DNA from: Eledone cirrhosa
Lineage: Eukaryota
Direction of reading: 5' to 3'
NCBI GenBank assembly: GCA_964016885.1
Contig: OZ024740.1
Span: 177,444,001-177,508,000 of the forward strand
Length of the DNA: 64,000 bases
A program made the position numbers and the translations under genes. This document shows, in pieces, positions 13,596 to 29,319 of this stretch. Each line of letters begins with the position of its first letter. Position 1 is the first letter of the stretch. The notes beneath the pieces are model-generated. The model was not told the origin of the DNA, searched no databases, and saw only the letters and a list, made by a program, of their open reading frames with translations.

Positions 13596-13684
13596 CGTTT
13601 AAATTTATATATATATATATATATATATATAATTATTATATATATATATATATGTATATAATTTTTATATATATATATATATAT

Positions 13685-14597
<913 letters not shown>

Positions 14598-15081
14598 GTG
14601 CGTGTGCTGTAATTGACCAGTTCGGCAAAAAGAACTAGAATATTCTGAAGTCAATATGAACGATTAAAGATAGCGGTACATCAGCATGGCCGCAGTCAAA
14701 TAACTGAAACCTGTAATAAGATAAGAAAATACATACATACAGACATATACACTTCCATACATACATGCATACATACATACCTGCATGCATCTATATATGT
14801 ATATATGTATGTATGTATGGCTTTGTGCAGTGCCTTTGCTCACTATAAAAGCTTCACGGCACAGGCATTGCTTTATATCTGGAGATCTCTCTGCACTTGT
14901 CGTCACATGGTACCAAGGGCCCAGCACTATGTGTCAATAATTGTTCCAAGTGTAGTGTTTGTACCAGAGTTTTCAAGTCGCTGGCTGGAATAAAAAGTCA
15001 CACTCGTTCAGAGCATCGGTAGGGGTTCTCCTACATGGATATAAAGTAGTGGCCGTACTCGAAAACGAGTTGGCAGCCACC

Positions 15082-15142
<61 letters not shown>

Positions 15143-15623
15143 CGTATATACATACATATATACATACATAGATGAATGCATGCATACATACAATTTTTTT
15201 AAAGCCAAGATACTACAATTTAAGGAAGTTTATACAACAGTAATGTGTTTGCATTATTGCACGTCAATAATGTTATGCTATGAAGTGCATGGCTTTGATA
15301 TTGATTAGTACAAGAAAATGAAACATCCGTGTTTTCTATAACAACAGCAGAGTTAGATGTGTCAGCAACAACTATATGTTCTTTTAAGACTTACAAAAAG
15401 ACAAACTAAAAATAAAATAATACTAAATAAAATATACAAAATAAAACACCAACAAATCTCCGGAACTCTAAATTAACGCAATATTTGGTTTATACATGAG
15501 AGTAACAACATATTTTCAGTGAATGTTATGAAATGTCACTCACATTCGAACTGGAGTCACTTTTCCTCCCTGTCAACATCTCAACCCGCTCTGTATCATC
15601 ACTTCGTTTGCACTTATTTTGTT

Positions 15624-15658
<35 letters not shown>

Positions 15659-15816
15659 ATATATATGTATATATATGTATATATATATATATAATAATAA
15701 TATTGAAACGAAGTCATCGGAAGTCCGATGTATCTCCGATCGTCAGCATCATTAAGATACCAACCAAAAAGGAAAGCAGAGTGCCCAATAATACGATAAA
15801 TAGTGAGAGAAACGAT

Positions 15817-16531
15817 TTAGTTAGGTAGACAGCGAATCGGCGTTTCCCTGAAGCTCGGCCTCCGGATCTGCCAGCCACACCAATGTCGCTGCGGTTCCAC
15901 CGTGGACTCTTTCGGCCTCCACCCGTTTTCCTGTTGCCACAGTGCCGGCCGCATTCCACGCCATGTTTCCCCCAACGAGGTCATTAAGCATGGCTTGGAC
16001 GCTGCAGGCTTCCCTTCCCAGCTCGAGCCGGTGGGGCTGGATCGAGGGGACGGCAAAAGGCCAGATGGCATGACCATCTTCCCGTTCCGCGGTGGAAAAC
16101 CCCTCGTCTTGGATGCCACTTGCACCGACACTTTCTGCAGCCGCAACCTGATGCTGTCTGCGACTGACCCAGGTTTTGATGCACGTCGGGCTGAGGGGGG
16201 GGGGGGGGGGGGGCAAACTCCTCAAATACCGGTCGCTCTCCGACAGGATTGCGGTCGTTCCCCTGGCAGTGGAGACTTCTGGTGTCCTCGGCCCCAGGGC
16301 TACCTCCTTACTCACCACCATAGGCGCTGAGCTGGCCAGCCGCAGGTGTGAGCCCCGCGAGTTGGAGTGGCTTTTCCAGCGCGTCTCCCTTGCCGTCCTC
16401 CGGGGAAACGCCTTCTCCATTCTGTCTGCCGGGGCTGTGGGTGGGCCCCATCGCGTACCAATACATTAGTTAAATACCATTCTTTCATCTGATACAACAC
16501 AATAAAGACTAAAGTCTTTGAAAAAAAAAAA
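15817..16531 (+). mobile_element. 3' end of a CRE-like non-LTR retrotransposon (zinc-binding motif, RLE, poly-A)
   Basis: CRCGSTVDSFGLHPFSC..RH, LEPVGLDRGDGKRPDG..DATCTDT, AVETSG, LFQRVSLAVLRGNA; AATAAA, then an A-run at 16521-16531. Confidence 0.82.
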
Positions 16532-16539
16532 TTTATGCT

Positions 16540-16805
16540 CTGTCCCTGGACTAATGAACTAGTGTCTGCTACCACATCTGCTGGCGACATTCCATGTTGG
16601 ACTGGTGTGCACAGAAATTAGGTAATGCTATTAAACATTATGTAAACGGCTAAAAGTTAGCTTCATTGTCGGTGAGTTAGTCTCCTCGGAACAGTTCAAA
16701 CACCAGCTCACTGTATTTGGTGTGGAATCGCCATGGGCGTAGTAAGCTCCACTTACAGTGCCATGTGACAGTGAAAGGGAGCTAAGCTAGTATTCTGCTT
16801 CAGCA
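16540..16805. repeat. Old unclassified interspersed repeat (second copy about 19610-19850)
   Basis: Shared blocks tctgcta..catctgct.gcgaca.tcca, gtgcacagaaa, ggaacag, cagtg.ca..tgacag.gaa..g.ag.taagctagta. Confidence 0.55.
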
Positions 16806-17240
16806 GTAAATAATTATAAAAAGAAAAAAATAGATTTTAAGTTATTCTACAAAAAACTCCATATCTTGGAAACAGGAGGGGATGCAGATTATGTTCAGGA
16901 GATATCTTGGTAATTACTAAATCTAAGGACGGTTTATTAAATAAAAGACAGGAATTGATCATAGTCTGTAATGACCGCATATGAAAAACATTTAAATACG
17001 ATAAATCTAATTAAATATTCTAAATAGCAACTCACTATAATTCCGTATAGAATAACATTTATTAGTACCTCTTTCCCTAATTATATGCTTTCATGCTTAT
17101 TTTTGCCTTTTAATGTTTTAGCTTCCTTAGATTTATGCGTTAATGACAAAAGGCAACAAGATACACAACCACCCGTAATTACATGAGTAAAAATAAACAT
17201 CTATATATGATATGGAAATATATTTATGTGTGTGTATATT

Positions 17241-17287
<47 letters not shown>

Positions 17288-17468
17288 ATATGTTTATGTA
17301 TGTGTATATGTGTATATATGTATATGCTTGTGTATGTATGTGTGTATGTGTATGTATGTATGTGTATGTGTATGTATGTATATATATATATGTGTATATA
17401 TATACATATATATATATATGGGTGTGTTTATATATGTGTATATATATATATGTATATGTGTGTGTATG

Positions 17469-17526
<58 letters not shown>

Positions 17527-17560
17527 TCTATATATATATGTGTGTGTGTATATGTGTATG

Positions 17561-17625
<65 letters not shown>

Positions 17626-17743
17626 GTGTGTGTATATGTGTATGTATATATGTATGTATATATGTATGTGTGTGTGTGTATGTATGTACATGTATATATG
17701 TATGTATGTATGAGTGTGTGTGTATGTATATATATATATATAT

Positions 17744-18168
17744 AAGTATGTACACGTACATACATATATGTATACAGACGTACAGTAGTATGTATATATA
17801 TATACATACATGCACATATATATATATGTACGTATGGATTCACTGAACATTTATTGTAATGCTCGGTGTGTTTGTAAATAAACATCTCGTATTAAGCCGT
17901 AGTGTCCAGCAACCATCGTTGCTCGTTTGTTCAACACTGACAAAAGAACGCTGTACTAGTTTCAAGCTTATTAGCTATCGTTAGCAACGTACACCTTCCT
18001 GCCAGATTGTTGAACGTATATACTTACCTTATGCATATTAACGGCTGAGCAGCCCAATTTGCATATCGAGTGGGTTAATCGCCCGGGTGCACCAAAAACG
18101 ATAAACGGAAAAAATGAAACGAAATTTCATTTCCCACTCTTAGTACGGCTGTTACTTAAATATAAGTA
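17744..18168 (-). mobile_element. Family-F hammerhead cassette (motif 17949-17989, minus), circularly permuted relative to other copies
   Basis: Minus: cgttg-CTAACGA-tagctaataagctt-GAAA-CTAG-TA-cagcg; homologous to 36952-37175 and 37925-38275. Confidence 0.7.
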
Positions 18169-19029
18169 TATATGTATGTGTGTTTATGGGTATGTATGTG
18201 TATGTGTATATGTATATATGGGAGTATAGATGTGTATGTGTGAATATAGATATGTATGGATATGTATATATATGATTATATGCATGCGTGTGGATGTGTA
18301 TTTAGGTTTGCATCTATTTGCACGTATGTATATTTTGGTTAGATATCAATATAACTGTACCTCTCTCTATAAGTAGTGTGAATATATGCACTTTGTAGAC
18401 TATGAAATTTATGTGTTTTAACTATGCCAACATGTACTTATCTGAGTTTGATTGTTTATGCATAGACATATTTAGTAATATTTTAGAGCGTATAATATGT
18501 TATATTATACTGAGTGCAATTTACCACACTATACTATATTGTGTTGGTTAAATTGTATATTATCGCATTACTATATCTCATTATCTTATTATAATTTTCA
18601 TCTTTTAATATACTAACTTTCCTAGCCATAACATTAATTTATATACACCATAAAACTCAATACAACACTAATCACCATTTATTTTGACATTCCTTTTAAA
18701 TTCACTATACAAGATACACTCAACTATCAGTTTGACAATCCCCTTCCTTCCTAATATATCTTTATGCCATTTCTACTAACACCTTTCAACCATTCCTTTC
18801 AAAGGGTCATGACCTCAACTAAAGTGTATTACTTTTCATCTTAACACCATATGAAAAAAACAATTTGATTCGTTAGTTCTTCAACAACCTACAAATATGA
18901 ACATGATACTAATTCAGAGTAAAATTATTATTGAATAAAATTATTATGGCTTTTGAAAACAGCTGCTGATATACATGTAAGTAAATATTCTCTCTATCTG
19001 ATAGTTTGTAAACTTACATAGATCAATAA

Positions 19030-19074
19030 CTGATTATAGATACAATGTATTATCACCATCTAGAAACGATCGTA
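19030..19074 (+). ncRNA. Degenerate minimal hammerhead motif
   Basis: CTGATTA-tagat..atcta-GAAA-C-GATC-G-TA; stem II and palindromic loop 3 intact; G8 changed; stem I not evident. Confidence 0.45.
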
Positions 19075-20063
19075 AAGCAGTGAAGTATATCTCTAATGAT
19101 TTGATATTTTATTTCATTGTTTTAACTTATATCATGACTCTGTTTTCCTTTTAATGTTTTATTGTTTTCTGAGATTTATCTTAACCTACAACATTTTCAA
19201 CATATGGATTACATTGGGTTCTTCATGCAGAATAGACCCCACAACTTACAGTGGATACCTCTGTGTATATTCTAAACGCTTCAAAATGCGGCTTCGTACT
19301 TTATATATATATATATAATAATGATTTCTACTATATGCACAAGGCCAGCAATTTTGAAGGAGAGAAAAAGTCGATTAAATCTACCCCAGTGCATTACTGG
19401 TGTTTTATTTTATCGACCCCGTAAGGAGGAAAGAAAAAGCTAACAGAAAAAAGCTATCGAATAAGACCGATACACCTCCGATTGCTTTCCCACTCACACA
19501 ATAATTTAAGTCAGTATCATAAAGACACCAGCCCAAGGAAATAGAGTGGACACTAATACTTTAGATAGTGAGAAAAACAATTTCGTGTGGATAGAAAATT
19601 TGTTGTTCTAGCCCCTGATTAATGCATTAGTTTCTGCTATACCATCTGCTAGCGACAATCCAAAGGGAACTGCCGTGCACAGAAAGCACTATTAATCTTG
19701 GCTAAGAGCAGCTTCATCAGCGCGAAATCAGCCCCACCGGAACAGATCGGCTACCAACTGACTGCTCTGGTGTAATTCTATCATTGCAGTAGAAAACTCA
19801 ATCTCCAGTGTCACATGACAGCGAAGAGGAGGTAAGCTAGTACTGCCTATTCACGGAGAACTCGTTGGTGCATATTGAATTTGAAAAAATGAATATATAT
19901 AAGATTGAGAGCCATCAATTTAGACTAATACGACCATGTTCAGTTAAGTACTTGATACTTGGGTAAGTAGAATGTATGTATTGTAATTAGTTAGTGCCTC
20001 ATGGCGGCGGAGCTCATGCCCTTTCCACGGCGAGTGTATATCGTTATCATGTATGAATATTGT

Positions 20064-20097
<34 letters not shown>

Positions 20098-20280
20098 TTA
20101 TTTCATGAACGTCACAGAAAGGCACAAGCTACATTAATACTGCTGATCAACCCATGAGGTCGGACGATACAAACGAAACTTTACTGAGCTTCATGCCGAT
20201 AGCTCATGAACAGAGGGAGTGTTAGCGTATGTGTGAGAGAAAGAAAGAGAGATAGTGTGAGTGTGTGGGGGCGGGTGTGT

Positions 20281-20345
<65 letters not shown>

Positions 20346-21097
20346 CGTGTGTGTGTGCGTGAGTGAGAATTTCTTGGTTGGCTACATATAGACGCTTCCA
20401 ATCTAATTCAACCCAGAGCCTTGTACCTTCTGTTAGAGGAACACTTTCTTCGTTGACCTACCCCACTTTCTGTTTGGTTTCGGTCATGTCAAGGATGTAG
20501 CCGCACCTACCGTGGGTTGGTGAGTCTATTTAACCCATAGTTGGGGTGGATCACCGTTGATTCTGATGATTCATCCACCTTTTTAATAGCTCTTGTTATT
20601 TTGTGCTGATGGGGTTCCACTTACCTTCCTCACCAGACCAGGGTCTGGTGGGTGAGCTAGTTTAGTCGCCACACGACCATGAACGTGGTTGAACTGGGTT
20701 ACATGGTACCTGTAGAAAGCAGAGGTCTGACATCAACTGAACAAGCTTACCCAGACTAAAATGATAAAACATCAATTATTAAACATAAATGATTGAAAAT
20801 AAATGTAATGTACGGAATTCAGTGTATGATTTAGTAAATAGTTGCTGTTTTCATTTCCACTCCTATGTACATATTAATGCACAATAGAGGTAATATCGTG
20901 TGTCGGACACCGCTGTTTCAGTACACATAAGATATAGACAAATAGCAACTAAATAAAACTGTTTTCGTTTAGTCTCATTACAGTAACGACCGACAAGTTC
21001 ATTTGTTTACCGAGTGAAGTGGAACACGTCAAATCGGACCAAGGAAAATCTGTTTCCATTGGTCTTCCCAGTTGCTCTTATTATTTCCTGGTACTAG

Positions 21098-21270
21098 CAG
21101 TATCAGTAGAGGGTCAGACGCCATGCTTTGCATCATAGAGTTACGGTCCTTTATGAGTTCAAATCCCGCCGAGGTTAACTTTGCCTTTCATCCTTACGGG
21201 GTCGATAAAATAAAGTACCAGTAATGCACTGGAGATAATTGCTAGCCTTGTGCCAAAAGTAGAAACAATT
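21098..21270 (+). mobile_element. SINE family S1
   Basis: Matches 10640-10831. Confidence 0.85.
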
Positions 21271-21762
21271 AGTTACTGTTAGCAACTCCTGCCAGAAAGA
21301 GCAACGTGAAATAAAGTGTCTTGTTCAAGAACATAACGCATCACCCGGGAATCGAACTCGTAATCTCCTGATTGCAAATCCAAATTTCTAACCACTAAAC
21401 CTGTAGTAGTTTACAATATTTCTGTGACCTCGTCACTGCCATAAGTTTCAATGTACGCATCATTCTTATTGTGTGAATACTTATTATTGTTATTCAAATT
21501 CAAAATCTTGAGATAACACTAACTACTATCAACAACACCCCAGGGGACTGAGACACTCCGGTTGGAAAGCACTGCATTACAGATTGAGGAGTGTGCGTTT
21601 GTGGTACATAGCGTGTGTGTTTGCCTCCAATGATCGTTCTAATTTTAAGGGACACATTAGTTCATGTGAATGAAGAACTAGTAAAAAGAAATATATATGT
21701 ATGTGTGTATGTATACGTCTGTATGTGTGTATGTGTAAGTGAATATGTGAGTGTTGATGTAA

Positions 21763-21793
<31 letters not shown>

Positions 21794-21794
<1 letters not shown>

Positions 21795-21965
21795 GTTATT
21801 CCGGGTTGAATCGGAGGTAACCACAGTAAGTAAGGTACTCAATACATAGCAGAGTATAACAGTTTTAATATAGATGAGATTCTACAGGACTAGAACTGTT
21901 TCATTCATTTGAAATCATCAGATGAATGAAACAGTTCTAGTCCTGTAGAATCTCATCTATATTAA

Positions 21966-21969
<4 letters not shown>
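21794..21969 (-). mobile_element. Family-E foldback cassette in (TA)n
   Basis: 48-bp inverted arms 21861-21908 / 21922-21969; minus strand CTGATGA-tttc..gaat-GAAAC-agttcta-GTC; tail with GAGTAC; relatives at 34444-34550, 37225-37420 and 44220-44280. Confidence 0.72.
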
Positions 21970-22001
<32 letters not shown>

Positions 22002-22250
22002 TACCGAGAATCGTATTTCGACTATTGGAAATTAGCGAAAAACAACTTCCGAGATGTGTGGCAAGCGCTCAATAAATTCTAACGAACCAGAGCCAGAACA
22101 TACGTTAAAAGGCCAAACACACTGAGACGATGGTTAAACCATTATCCGCACAGCCATAGAAACGACCAAGTAATTCGGGTCAAACAAATAAAAAAATGTG
22201 ATTGAAAAAAAAAAAAATATATATATATATTTGTATAATTATTTCGATAA

Positions 22251-22366
<116 letters not shown>

Positions 22367-22371
22367 ATATA

Positions 22372-23058
<687 letters not shown>

Positions 23059-23082
23059 TATATATATATATATATATATATG

Positions 23083-23119
<37 letters not shown>

Positions 23120-23199
23120 TCCGTTTATGTTATGTCCTTTGTATGTGTGTGTGTTTACGTGTGAAGTGTGTATAAGAGTGGGTGTAAGTATAAATATAA

Positions 23200-23284
<85 letters not shown>

Positions 23285-23359
23285 TGTGTGTGTCGAACTA
23301 ATTTTTAATCTGTTGCTTATCTCATTGTCTCTCACATTCTCTCTCACTCTAATTCTTTT

Positions 23360-23414
<55 letters not shown>

Positions 23415-23841
23415 CTCTCTCTTTCTCCCTCTCTCTCTCCCTATCTAACTATCTATCTATGTTTCTCTCTCCGTTTATTATGTCCACTCTATATACATTC
23501 CTGCGTCCAATAATTTACTTGCTCATTTGATTACCCTCTCCACATCACCAGCCTACATTGTGCCCACACTTAACGTCTGACCCACAAGGTCTTATCTAAC
23601 AACAACAGCAGCAGTAGCAGCAGAATCGTCCACTTGAAAAGTAAAATAAAAAAGAAAGAAAGAACACACATAAACACTCCAGCTATCTGTCATCGATTGA
23701 TTACAGCGACGTACCTTACTGAGTGTAACTTATCCAAGTTCACTCTCTATCACAATATCGCCACTGTTTCAGTTACCACCACCGCCACCGCGGCGGCCAC
23801 TATCATTATCATCACCAACACAAACATCCATACCACCGTCT

Positions 23842-23908
<67 letters not shown>

Positions 23909-23910
<2 letters not shown>

Positions 23911-24076
23911 GTGTCGAGTTTAGGAAAAATGAGGCCCAGTGCTAGTTAAATTATGAGTTCCCTTACTCCACCCTGAAGGAGGTAAAACATTTCTTTTGGT
24001 AGGAAGATGCCCTCCATCCTGGCCAACAGGGCCCTGTGCTTAAGCACACCTAAGCACAATGGTAAATCCGGCACTG
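23909..24076. mobile_element. hAT-like MITE
   Basis: TIRs cagtgtcgagttta / taaatccggcactg. Confidence 0.55.
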
Positions 24077-27000
24077 ACTACTTTCAATGCAAGTAATACT
24101 ACACCTAAACAATCCATCAACAAGGATACCTTAACCTGGTCGACCACCTTACTAGATATAAATGCCAAAATCGCTTCCAAATGTCACACTACTCTGTTAT
24201 AAAGGGAAGAGTAAAATCTGAAACTCAAAGAAAGCAAAGATGTTCTATGCGTGTAGATCTTCTTTAAGATCTCTTGTCGTGAGTAGTGACGAATCAAATG
24301 CATCTGTCCTTTGGCCTTCGTCAGTTTATGAGGAAGAAATGATTAGAGAAAGTAAGATAAACAGAGAGCGCGTGAGAGAGAGAGCGCGTGAGAGAGAGAG
24401 TGCGAGAGAGGGGGAGGGGAGAAGGAGTGTGAGAAGTTTGTATTGTCTCTGGTTAGAAGTAAATATGGAAAGTCACGTGGTAGATATACATTATATAAAA
24501 GTGACGGGCTCGCTGTTCATAGTTGAGTACCCATGCAGTTGCGATCAGACACAGACACACTCATGACTCCCACCATATCCGTTGATCCAGTGGAAGATCC
24601 AGGATGTGATATCTGGAATGAGAGAGGGCTGCAACAATATTGAGCTGGTACTTTCTATATTGAACCTGAAAGGATAAAAGGCAAAGTGGACTTCATCGGG
24701 ATTTGAACTCAAAACGTAGAAACGAGAAATACATATCCCATACTCTAATAACTCTGACAAATTGTCCACTTCAAAACAACAACATAAACAGCCGTAGCTT
24801 CAGCAGCATTAACAGCAACGAAAGTTGCTATCACTACCATAACTTCTGCCATACATAGCACAGAAGCCATTACTAAAATCATCCCTTTCCATGTCCAATT
24901 TACTAAGCACCTCCATTACTCTTAATCGTGATCACAACTTTCATATTGTATCAGGTCTAATTCCACTTCACCTTCTCCGCCAACATACCCTTACGACATC
25001 ATAAATCACGTGCCGCTCAGAGATTGTTCATATGATCTACTAGAAATAATAGCCAAAGTATACTCTAATCATAATCTACTCTTTTTAAAAGTCAAAGTTA
25101 TGCTATGTCTGAAAAAAGACATGTTGATCAGAGCTAGTTTATCTTTAATCTTATGTCTGCTGAATTAGACATTTCTTAGGTTGTAGACATAATCTATCGC
25201 TTGGTTTAACACTACTGTCTGAGACTTTAACGTCCATCCCTGCTGAGACCATTGGGTCCTGTTATCTGGTTTGAGGCTATCCTCCTCCTTCTCTTCCAAT
25301 CAATCTAGATGGCATTGCTTTGTTTCCTGACTCGGAACTGAACAACTGAAAAATAACTAGTTTATTGATTTCACCAGTTGGCTTTTTGGAAAATATTTAC
25401 TCCTAGTCTGTATTTTTTAAAAGATATTTATTGATTGATATCATTGGTTGTTGTTTATAGATATTAAATACCCCAGAATTCATTTTATTTCTTCTAGCAT
25501 TGGTCTCAGTTAATCGGATCTTTTCTCTTCACTATACTATACATGTAATAGATCTTACTTTTTGTACATTTATTATGCACAGCACACTCTTGGGGCATTT
25601 TCTCTTGACTCTATTGTTAATGTATTAATGTACATTACTTTACATCTATTCAGTGATGCTCCCATTACTACTTTGGAAAGTATATTAAAAAATATTCTTC
25701 AATCAGGTCAAAACAAAAATAAAGCCCGATTTGTACGGGCCAAAATATACTAAATAATCCTAGTAAATGAATAATATATATCATCTATACCTTGTAATTA
25801 TTTCTCGTTAACTTTGCTATCTGTATTACATATGTTAAGAATAACTTAACTATTGATTTTTCAATTATTCTCTTGCAAATTTAAATTGCATATATTTCTG
25901 TGTGTCGTACGTGTTTGAGTGTGAATTAGATGACATTCTGCGACTCAAATGTTTCACAAAAGCGAATTTGTGAAGGAACTGACAAGCCTAAAAGAGAAAA
26001 GATTAAATTAATATGAAAAAAAAAAATCGGTCTAAAACTACAACTGCTCCACCCTGTTCTATTCTAAGTTAATGCTAACACATTTTAATGCTAACATGTT
26101 AATAAAAGCCGTTATCCTAATAACAAATATTATTTTGATAATTCCAGCAAATGCCTGAGACAAGTCCGTGTATACTTCTATCTTAAGTATAGACTTCAGT
26201 GTGTCTGCCGAAATAATCATGAGATTCAATACGTAGATATTCGACGTGAATAAACTGGCATATTTTGGCAAAGAATTGGCAAAAATGTTAATGTGTCGAA
26301 CAAAATGCTTTGCAATATAGTTTCCGGGTCTTTGCGTTCTTACTCAACTTTGTGTTTCTTCCTTCTGGGCTCAATAAATACCAGTCTAGAGCAGCGGATT
26401 GCGGAATAGTTAAGGTATTGTATAAGATGGCTGAGGGTATTTATTTCGATTCTACTTTCTGTGATCAAATTCCAAAGTAGCTTAATTGAGAAGATTTAAT
26501 CCAGGACTCGGTTTAACACTACCAACACCAGATTCTTTGGTGCCTTTAATGGTGTCAACGGTTTTGTACGCTTACGGGTCAAGTCTCAGAATTGAGAATA
26601 CCGTCCTCTCGTCCTCCTTCTCATCAGTCTCAATGGCCCCTGAAAAGGGTCGGGGACATTGACCTTCCGCTTGACTAAGTGATAAAAAAAAAATTCTTTT
26701 TCTTTTTTCAATGATAAATAATTATTGAGGTTAATTACTTCGAAACGCAACACTACTCTTGCTTTAGTGTATTTCAGTCTACTCAGAGTGGTGCTCTGGA
26801 TGTAAAGAATGTCATCAAAGCAAACAAGTAAACAATTCACTAAATAGCGGTTAGATACCGTTTCAGGTCAGTGCTTCACTACCCCAGCAGCACGTGTCGA
26901 AGGCACGAGCTGGTTGTTATGCCGCGACTAGTCAGACAAACAGCGAACAAGACAAGCAGCGAGCCAGGTAGACAGATAGAAAGATAAGAGAGTAAGTGAA

Positions 27001-27166
27001 GACACTTACTTACCTGCCTACCTATCTACCTGTATTACTTACTACCTGTTGCCTGAAACAGATGCTAATTTATGCCAACAAAATTATGTGTAAACACACC
27101 TTTTTTATTTCTTCGTTGGTGAATGTGCAACAGGATGTGACGGTTTCTCTCTCTCCCTCTCTCTCC

Positions 27167-27217
<51 letters not shown>

Positions 27218-27424
27218 CACACACACACTGACAAATATGTCTACTTTTTTCTGACACCAGGGGTCTTTACCCCGCTTTCTCAACTGTCAATTATAGAGAT
27301 CGATTGTTGTTATGCTAATTTGAATTGGGAAACTAACATTTCAAAATCCAAATTGTACCAATGTTTCTTGAATCAATGGCCTTGTTTATACCTATTGAAC
27401 ATCCATACATTCTCTCACACGTGA

Positions 27425-27735
27425 AGGCGCATGGCTTAGTGGTTAGAGAGGTTAGAGTGTCTAGCTCGCAATCGTAAGTTTGTGAGTTTGAATCTTGGAC
27501 CGTAGGTGCGTTGTGTTCTTCAGCAAAACACTTTATTCACGTTACTCCAGTTTACTCAGCTGTAGAAATGTGCTGCAACGTCACTGGTACCAAGTTGTAT
27601 CGGTCAACATCAGTGGAGGGGAGGGAGGATACCTGGCACTCATGGGTGACTGCTGATCTGCCACAAACACACTGCCCAGGCTTGTTCCTCGGAGGGTAAC
27701 TTTCCAGGTGCAAAAACATGGTATATCGTATCGTA
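27425..27735 (+). mobile_element. tRNA-derived SINE family S2
   Basis: ggcgcatggcttagtggttagag head; shares aaaacactttatt..cacgtt.ctccag with 12397 and 42540. Confidence 0.75.
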
Positions 27736-27776
27736 GGCTCTAATCGGCTATACATACACAGACATATATAGGTAAC

Positions 27777-27808
<32 letters not shown>

Positions 27809-27970
27809 TTTTGAGTTTATGTTGGTTGTATACCAGCACCTCAGTATGCAGTCTTGTGACTCCAGTTCCTCATTGAAATAACAACCCAACAAGGAACTGG
27901 GCATATCAGAGTATTGACAATATTATACACCTAAACAACATATGTACTTGTCTATACCATACTAATTCAA

Positions 27971-28025
27971 ACTGCCTGAAGAGGTCACATCCAAAGATGG
28001 CTGTCACTGAAATATATATAGCAGT
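27971..28025 (+). ncRNA. Minimal type-I hammerhead ribozyme in a microsatellite-flanked cassette (27809-28070)
   Basis: actgc-CTGAAGA-(catc/gatg stem II)-GAAA-T-ATAT-A-TA|gcagt; perfect 5-bp stem I; AATAAA immediately after. Confidence 0.75.
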
Positions 28026-28362
28026 AATAAACGAAGCTAAATTTTAATCATTTGACTTTTATTTAACTTTATATATATATATATGTCTATATATATATAT
28101 GCGTGCGTGCCTGTGTGTATGTATATTTAAAAACAGATTATATATATATATATATGCGTGCGTGCCTGTGTGTATGTATATTTAAAAACAGATTATATAT
28201 ATATATATATATAAGATAGAGAGAGAGTTAATAACTTTTGGTTTTTATATTTTTTCCGTTCCACTAACATGCTAAATTCCAGTCTTTTTCTTTGAATAAA
28301 ATCTCTAAATTCAATTATTATTATTATTTGGGGAGGGAGACGTCATCTTTTCCCTCTTTCTG

Positions 28363-28449
<87 letters not shown>

Positions 28450-28650
28450 CTCTCGGCATCAAACCTATCAAATCACTTTCTGTCGAATTAAGTAACACCA
28501 GTCCGACTGCAAATTTCAGTGGACTGACTGTACACCCACCAGTCATGATACCACTACCAACCCGGCTGCGCATGTCAATCCTGTTCATGAAAATAATTGT
28601 TTCTACTTTTTGGCACAAGGCCAGCAATTAGCTAGTGCATTACTGGTACT

Positions 28651-28930
28651 GAACAGGAGAGTAGCATTACGCACCCTTGATTGAGTCCTTCTCCCACATT
28701 GAATGGTTTCTATTTAGCATCATTTATCCAAACACAAATACTCGGTTATTCGTGTAGAGACATCAAGGTAGCAAGGAGCTGATTGTCGATTACATACCCC
28801 TGCAGAACCTTCCACATCAAGTCCCGGTCAACGCGGTCATATGCCTTTCCAATGTTGACAAAACAAGAATATACATCTTGTCAATACTCCCACGATTTCT
28901 CGAAGACCTGCCGCAGTGTGAATATTTGGT
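28651..28930 (-). mobile_element. RT fragment of an RTE-X/Expander-like LINE
   Basis: Minus-strand translation EKSWEY*QDVYSCFVNIGKAYDRVDRDLMWKVLQGY..VGEGLNQGCV. Confidence 0.65.
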
Positions 28931-29319
28931 CGGCTGTCACCTCAAAAATACATGGCGCTTTTTTTCTCTATCTATCTATGTACATTTCTCTCGTTTGGCA
29001 CTGCTTCTCTCTAAATAAAGTGAGCGTGGCGGGCGTAGAGACGGACGGAGGGGCAGACAGACAGCGCTCTTATTATAATATAGATTTATACAATTAGTAA
29101 CATAACTAAGTGTGCCAACAGTTACAGGTACAAAGACGAATTTATGATGTGGAAATTGCAGAAATAATTCATAAATAGTCACTGTATTTATGAATATATA
29201 TTTACTTACTTATGTTTGAATGTAAATACTTATGTATATACTTATGTATGTATGTATGTATGTATGTATCTATGTATGTATGTATGTATGTATGTATGTA
29301 TGTATGTATGTATGTATGT

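Noticed and set aside
17133-17885. Long ORFs rich in YI/HT/CV/RE dipeptides (also 22198-22528, 41975-42627 and many others)
   Set aside because: Stop-free translations of (TA)n/(CA)n/(GA)n microsatellites, not genes.
28098-28198. Short direct duplication across (TA)n (also 44020-44090 / 44311-44400)
   Set aside because: Best explained by local slippage or duplication; no further structure.
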